Below, one piece after another: positions 60,971 to 64,000 of a stretch of DNA of 64,000 nt. The number at the start of each line of letters is the position of its first letter. Within the stretch, counting starts at the first letter, position 1. Origin of the DNA: Squalus acanthias. Its lineage: Eukaryota. The notes beneath the pieces were generated by a model, which ran no database searches, was not told the origin of the DNA, and worked only from the letters and a program-made list of their open reading frames with translations. The position numbers and the translations under genes are program-made. The stretch covers positions 98,210,001 through 98,274,000 of the forward strand of contig CM059432.1 in NCBI GenBank assembly GCA_030390025.1, in the 5' to 3' direction.

Positions 60971-61639
60971 GTAGAGGAGCCAATAACCAGGGGGCATAGA
61001 TTCAAGGTAAGGAGCAGGAGGTTTAGAGGGGATTTGAGGAAAATCTTTTTCACCCAGAGGGTGGTTGGAATCTGGAACTCACTTCCTGAAAGGATGGTAG
61101 AGGCAGGAACCCTCATAACATTCAAGAAGCATTTAGATGAGCACTTGAAACGCCATAGCATACAAGGCTACGGACCAAGTGCTGGAAAATGGGATTAGAA
61201 TAGATAGGGTTTGATGGCCAGCGCGGACACGATGGGCCGAAGGGCCTCTTTCTGTGCTGTATAAATCTATGACTCTATGGGGGAAAAGTTCAGTATCGCC
61301 CCTTTTGGGGCGCGATTATCGGCCGTGCGCAAAGTTTAGCGCCTGGCGCTAATTATCGCCTCCGACTGCAAACTTGGCTTTTATCGCCGCCGGAGTTGAT
61401 TGGAGCGCTAAATCAGGCGCTACACACCTCTCTTAAGGCGCAAAGGCCGAGGAGTGAGGCGCTAACTCAGAGCGCGGGCGCAGCGCAGGTGCTGTCAGTT
61501 AGCGATGGAACACAGACACACTGGCGCCGGCCAGTTCTTGAAGGGGAGGGTCGATCTTGCTCTCCAGCCACACCCTGCTCATTAGAGCCTTGAATCTCGG
61601 CCTGGAGAGACCTGTGCCTAAATCTTGCAGCCAAGGACT

Positions 61640-63389
61640 ATGGAGAGGGCCAGGGAGAGAGCACAGTGCTTCAGCGAGCGGGCCTTGGAGGCTCTGGTTG
61701 GCGCGGTGGAGCGCAGAAGATCAATACTGTACCCAGAGAGTGGCAGGAGGCCTTTGCCACGTGATTACAGAAGAGTGTGGAGGGAGGTGGCACAGAGCGT
61801 TTCCTCCAGAATCATGGTGCCCAGGACCCATATACAATGTAGAAAAAAGTTCAACGACCTCACTCGGGTCGTCAGGGTGAATGGCTTTTTTTCAATATCT
61901 CTCCATCCCTCCATCTCAACCTCACTCTATGGCCAGAGGATCTTAAAACCCCAATGCCCAACACTCATCCAACACCTATGGCCCTCTCATGAAACACACA
62001 CGCACATTCCACACTTTGCATACAGTAAGGGCTATTCACCTATGGGAGGCACATCAGGCAAGACCATGGCTGTATATTTACTCAGACGCCGTCCTTTTTC
62101 TTTTTCTTGCATGCCAAGCTATCTCATAATAGGAAACAGCAGCAACGACAGGTGGAGGGCGGCCTCAGCTGCAACCGCTCAGCGATCTTGAGGAGCGCGT
62201 CCAGAGGATTGTGGCAAGCCGGGTGATCAGTCCCGTCGCCACTGGAGAGGCCAACCCTGTTCTGGACAGCAATGGTAAGGTCATCACCTTTTTGTCCTCT
62301 CTCCTTCCACTTGTCCCTCACAACACCAGCCTTTGACACTTTCAATCCAACTTACTAAATCGCTGCACTCATTCCTCACAGGAAAGCCACTCTTGTACCT
62401 CCCTGCTTTCAGATGGTGATTCACCAGCTGAGGAGACGGGCCCTCAAGCTGCCAGTGGGAGTGAAGCTGCAGGCGAGGAGGAAGATGAAGCCAGAGCAGC
62501 AGCGCCACCCTCTCCCGAGGAAGCCCGTGCCCACACTGGGAACACGCCTTCCCTGGAAGGGAGCAGGGGGGAAGGGTCTGATGATGGTGAAGCTCCAGGA
62601 CCCAGCGGGCTGCAGCAACGCGATGGGGGTAGGGAAGCTCGGGGGCATTCTCCCCGGAGGGAGAGTATGCCAGCGAGTCCTCCTGCACTGGACGCAGAGG
62701 AGGAGCGGCTGATCGCAGAAATGAACACCCAGGCGGTGGACATGCACACTGAGCTCATGGGTGCAGTGGGAAGGGTGCCCAAATGCATTGAATCACTGGC
62801 AAGGAGTGTGGAGCACTTCGCTGTAGCACAGGCGGATGCCACGCAAATGTTTAGTGCTGCAATTCAGTCACTGGCTGCCGTGACCCCATCTCTGACTGCT
62901 CTCATGCAGACTCAGATTGAGGCCACGTGAGCACTGACTGCTGCCATCCTCGCTGGTTCGGAAACATTTCCCCAGTGCTCTCATCGCGCCGCAGCAGGCC
63001 AGCAATCTGTGCTCCAGCAGATTGCTCCAGATGCTGAAGTGCTGCCCCGTGGGAGTGCCAGTGTGTCGGTCGAGCAGGGAGTTGCTGTCCTCTCTCAAGA
63101 TGACAGCATTCCTGCTGCCACCACTGTCACTTCTCCACTGCACTTGCCACCGCCTGTAGGACAGACTGCTGCCGCCCATGCAGAGTTGGTGCAGTCTGCA
63201 GCCGGGCCCTCCAGGCCCAGAGCTGGTCGAGGCCGTCCTTCAAGGGCATCTGCAGTCTTAGGTTCTGACAATCAGCAGCCTTGCACCAGCCTTGCTGCAG
63301 CCACTGGGGTCCCATTACGGAGGAGCAGTAGGGTGGGAAGGGGGGAAGTTTGCAAGGGAAGGAGATCACCCTCGAAGGGCAAAAAGTAG
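61640..63389 (+). pseudogene. Harbinger Myb/SANT-like gene (family A), exons 61640-61876, 62113-62274, 62413-63389
   Basis: MERARERAQCFSERALEALV...WREVAQ...QCRKKFNDL; exon-2 acceptor mutated (CAG>CAT), 1-nt deletion in exon 2, in-frame TGA at 62928-62930. Confidence 0.87.
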
Positions 63390-63700
63390 GAGGTGTTACA
63401 AAATGTTGGTCATTTTTTTATTAAAGGCCGAGGTTCGTGGTCAAACTTTTGTTTAGTGTTTTGGATATTATCTCCAGGTTGTGAGAACCAGTTATGTTAA
63501 TGACTGTTTTTTTGTGTTTCTTTCTATTAGTTTGTCATGAAGAAATGACACACACAGAGTTTGTAAAATAAATATATTTTTGTAATAAAAATGTACATGT
63601 TTGGCCTTTGCAATCATTGCTGCCTTGGCCGGCTTAGGGGTTGCGGGTTGGTTTCATTCATGTTGTTCTTAATGGCAGAAGCCATTTCCTCAGCAGAGGC

Positions 63701-64000
63701 CTAGAAGCGGCTTGCTATCAGCCGTTGACGGACGGCCCTTCCAGTTTCTACATTGTGGGCCTCCCTCCCGCCTTGGTGCTGCTGATGATCATCCTCCTCC
63801 TCTTCCTCCTCCTCTTCCTCCTCCTCCTCTGGTGGTGCTCCAAGGCCTGGTGGCATTGGCTGGGTCCTGACGATTGCCATGTTATGCAACATGCAGCACA
63901 CAACGAAGAGGGAGACTCGCTCAGGCGAGTACTGCAGGGCTCCTCCTGAGTGGTCCAGACAGCGGAACCGTTGCTTGAGCACGCCGCTTGTGTGCTCAAC
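63701..64000 (-). CDS. Harbinger transposase C-terminus (partial)
   Basis: LKQRFRCLDHSGGALQYSPERV...CCMLHN...poly-Glu...RQRLIASRF*. Confidence 0.88.
   Translation of the reverse strand, partial: VEHTSGVLKQRFRCLDHSGGALQYSPERVSLFVVCCMLHNMAIVRTQPMPPGLGAPPEEEEEEEEEEEEDDHQQHQGGREAHNVETGRAVRQRLIASRF

Larger units (their letters stand above)
57690..61278 (+). mobile_element. CR1 LINE, essentially full ORF2 to tail, APE domain interrupted by a MITE
   Basis: YFNARSL...ITETWL...GGGV...YYRPP (57700-58060); GDFN resumes at ~58808; tail CTATGACTCTAT at ~61270. Confidence 0.94.
61279..64000. mobile_element. Harbinger family A, copy 3 (Myb-side end; runs off the window)
   Basis: TIR GGGGGAAAAGTTCAG at 61279; reverse-complement paralogue of ~38000-40704. 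Confidence 0.93.

Overview
Repeat-dominated vertebrate genomic DNA. The repeat repertoire (CR1 and L2 LINEs, Deu-domain tRNA-derived SINEs) suggests a cartilaginous fish; this is an inference. I recognise no host protein-coding gene, rRNA, genuine tRNA or CRISPR array. The window is a mosaic of (i) at least three PIF/Harbinger DNA-transposon families with two convergent genes (DDE transposase plus a three-exon Myb/SANT-like gene), including one complete 386-aa transposase ORF (37137-38297) and many non-autonomous derivatives; (ii) CR1, L2, RTE and another APE-RT LINE family; (iii) a Penelope-like element (GIY-YIG) with a 5' inversion and a minimal hammerhead-ribozyme motif at 55886-55923; (iv) SINEs, decayed Gypsy fragments and a 40-bp minisatellite. 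The best leads are the hammerhead motif, the Harbinger two-gene system with an in-frame TGA shared by two Myb-gene copies, repeated TAGCGCC subterminal motifs, and a 13-kb nested insertion stack (29870-43062). Boundaries were read by eye and are approximate unless a TIR or splice site is quoted.
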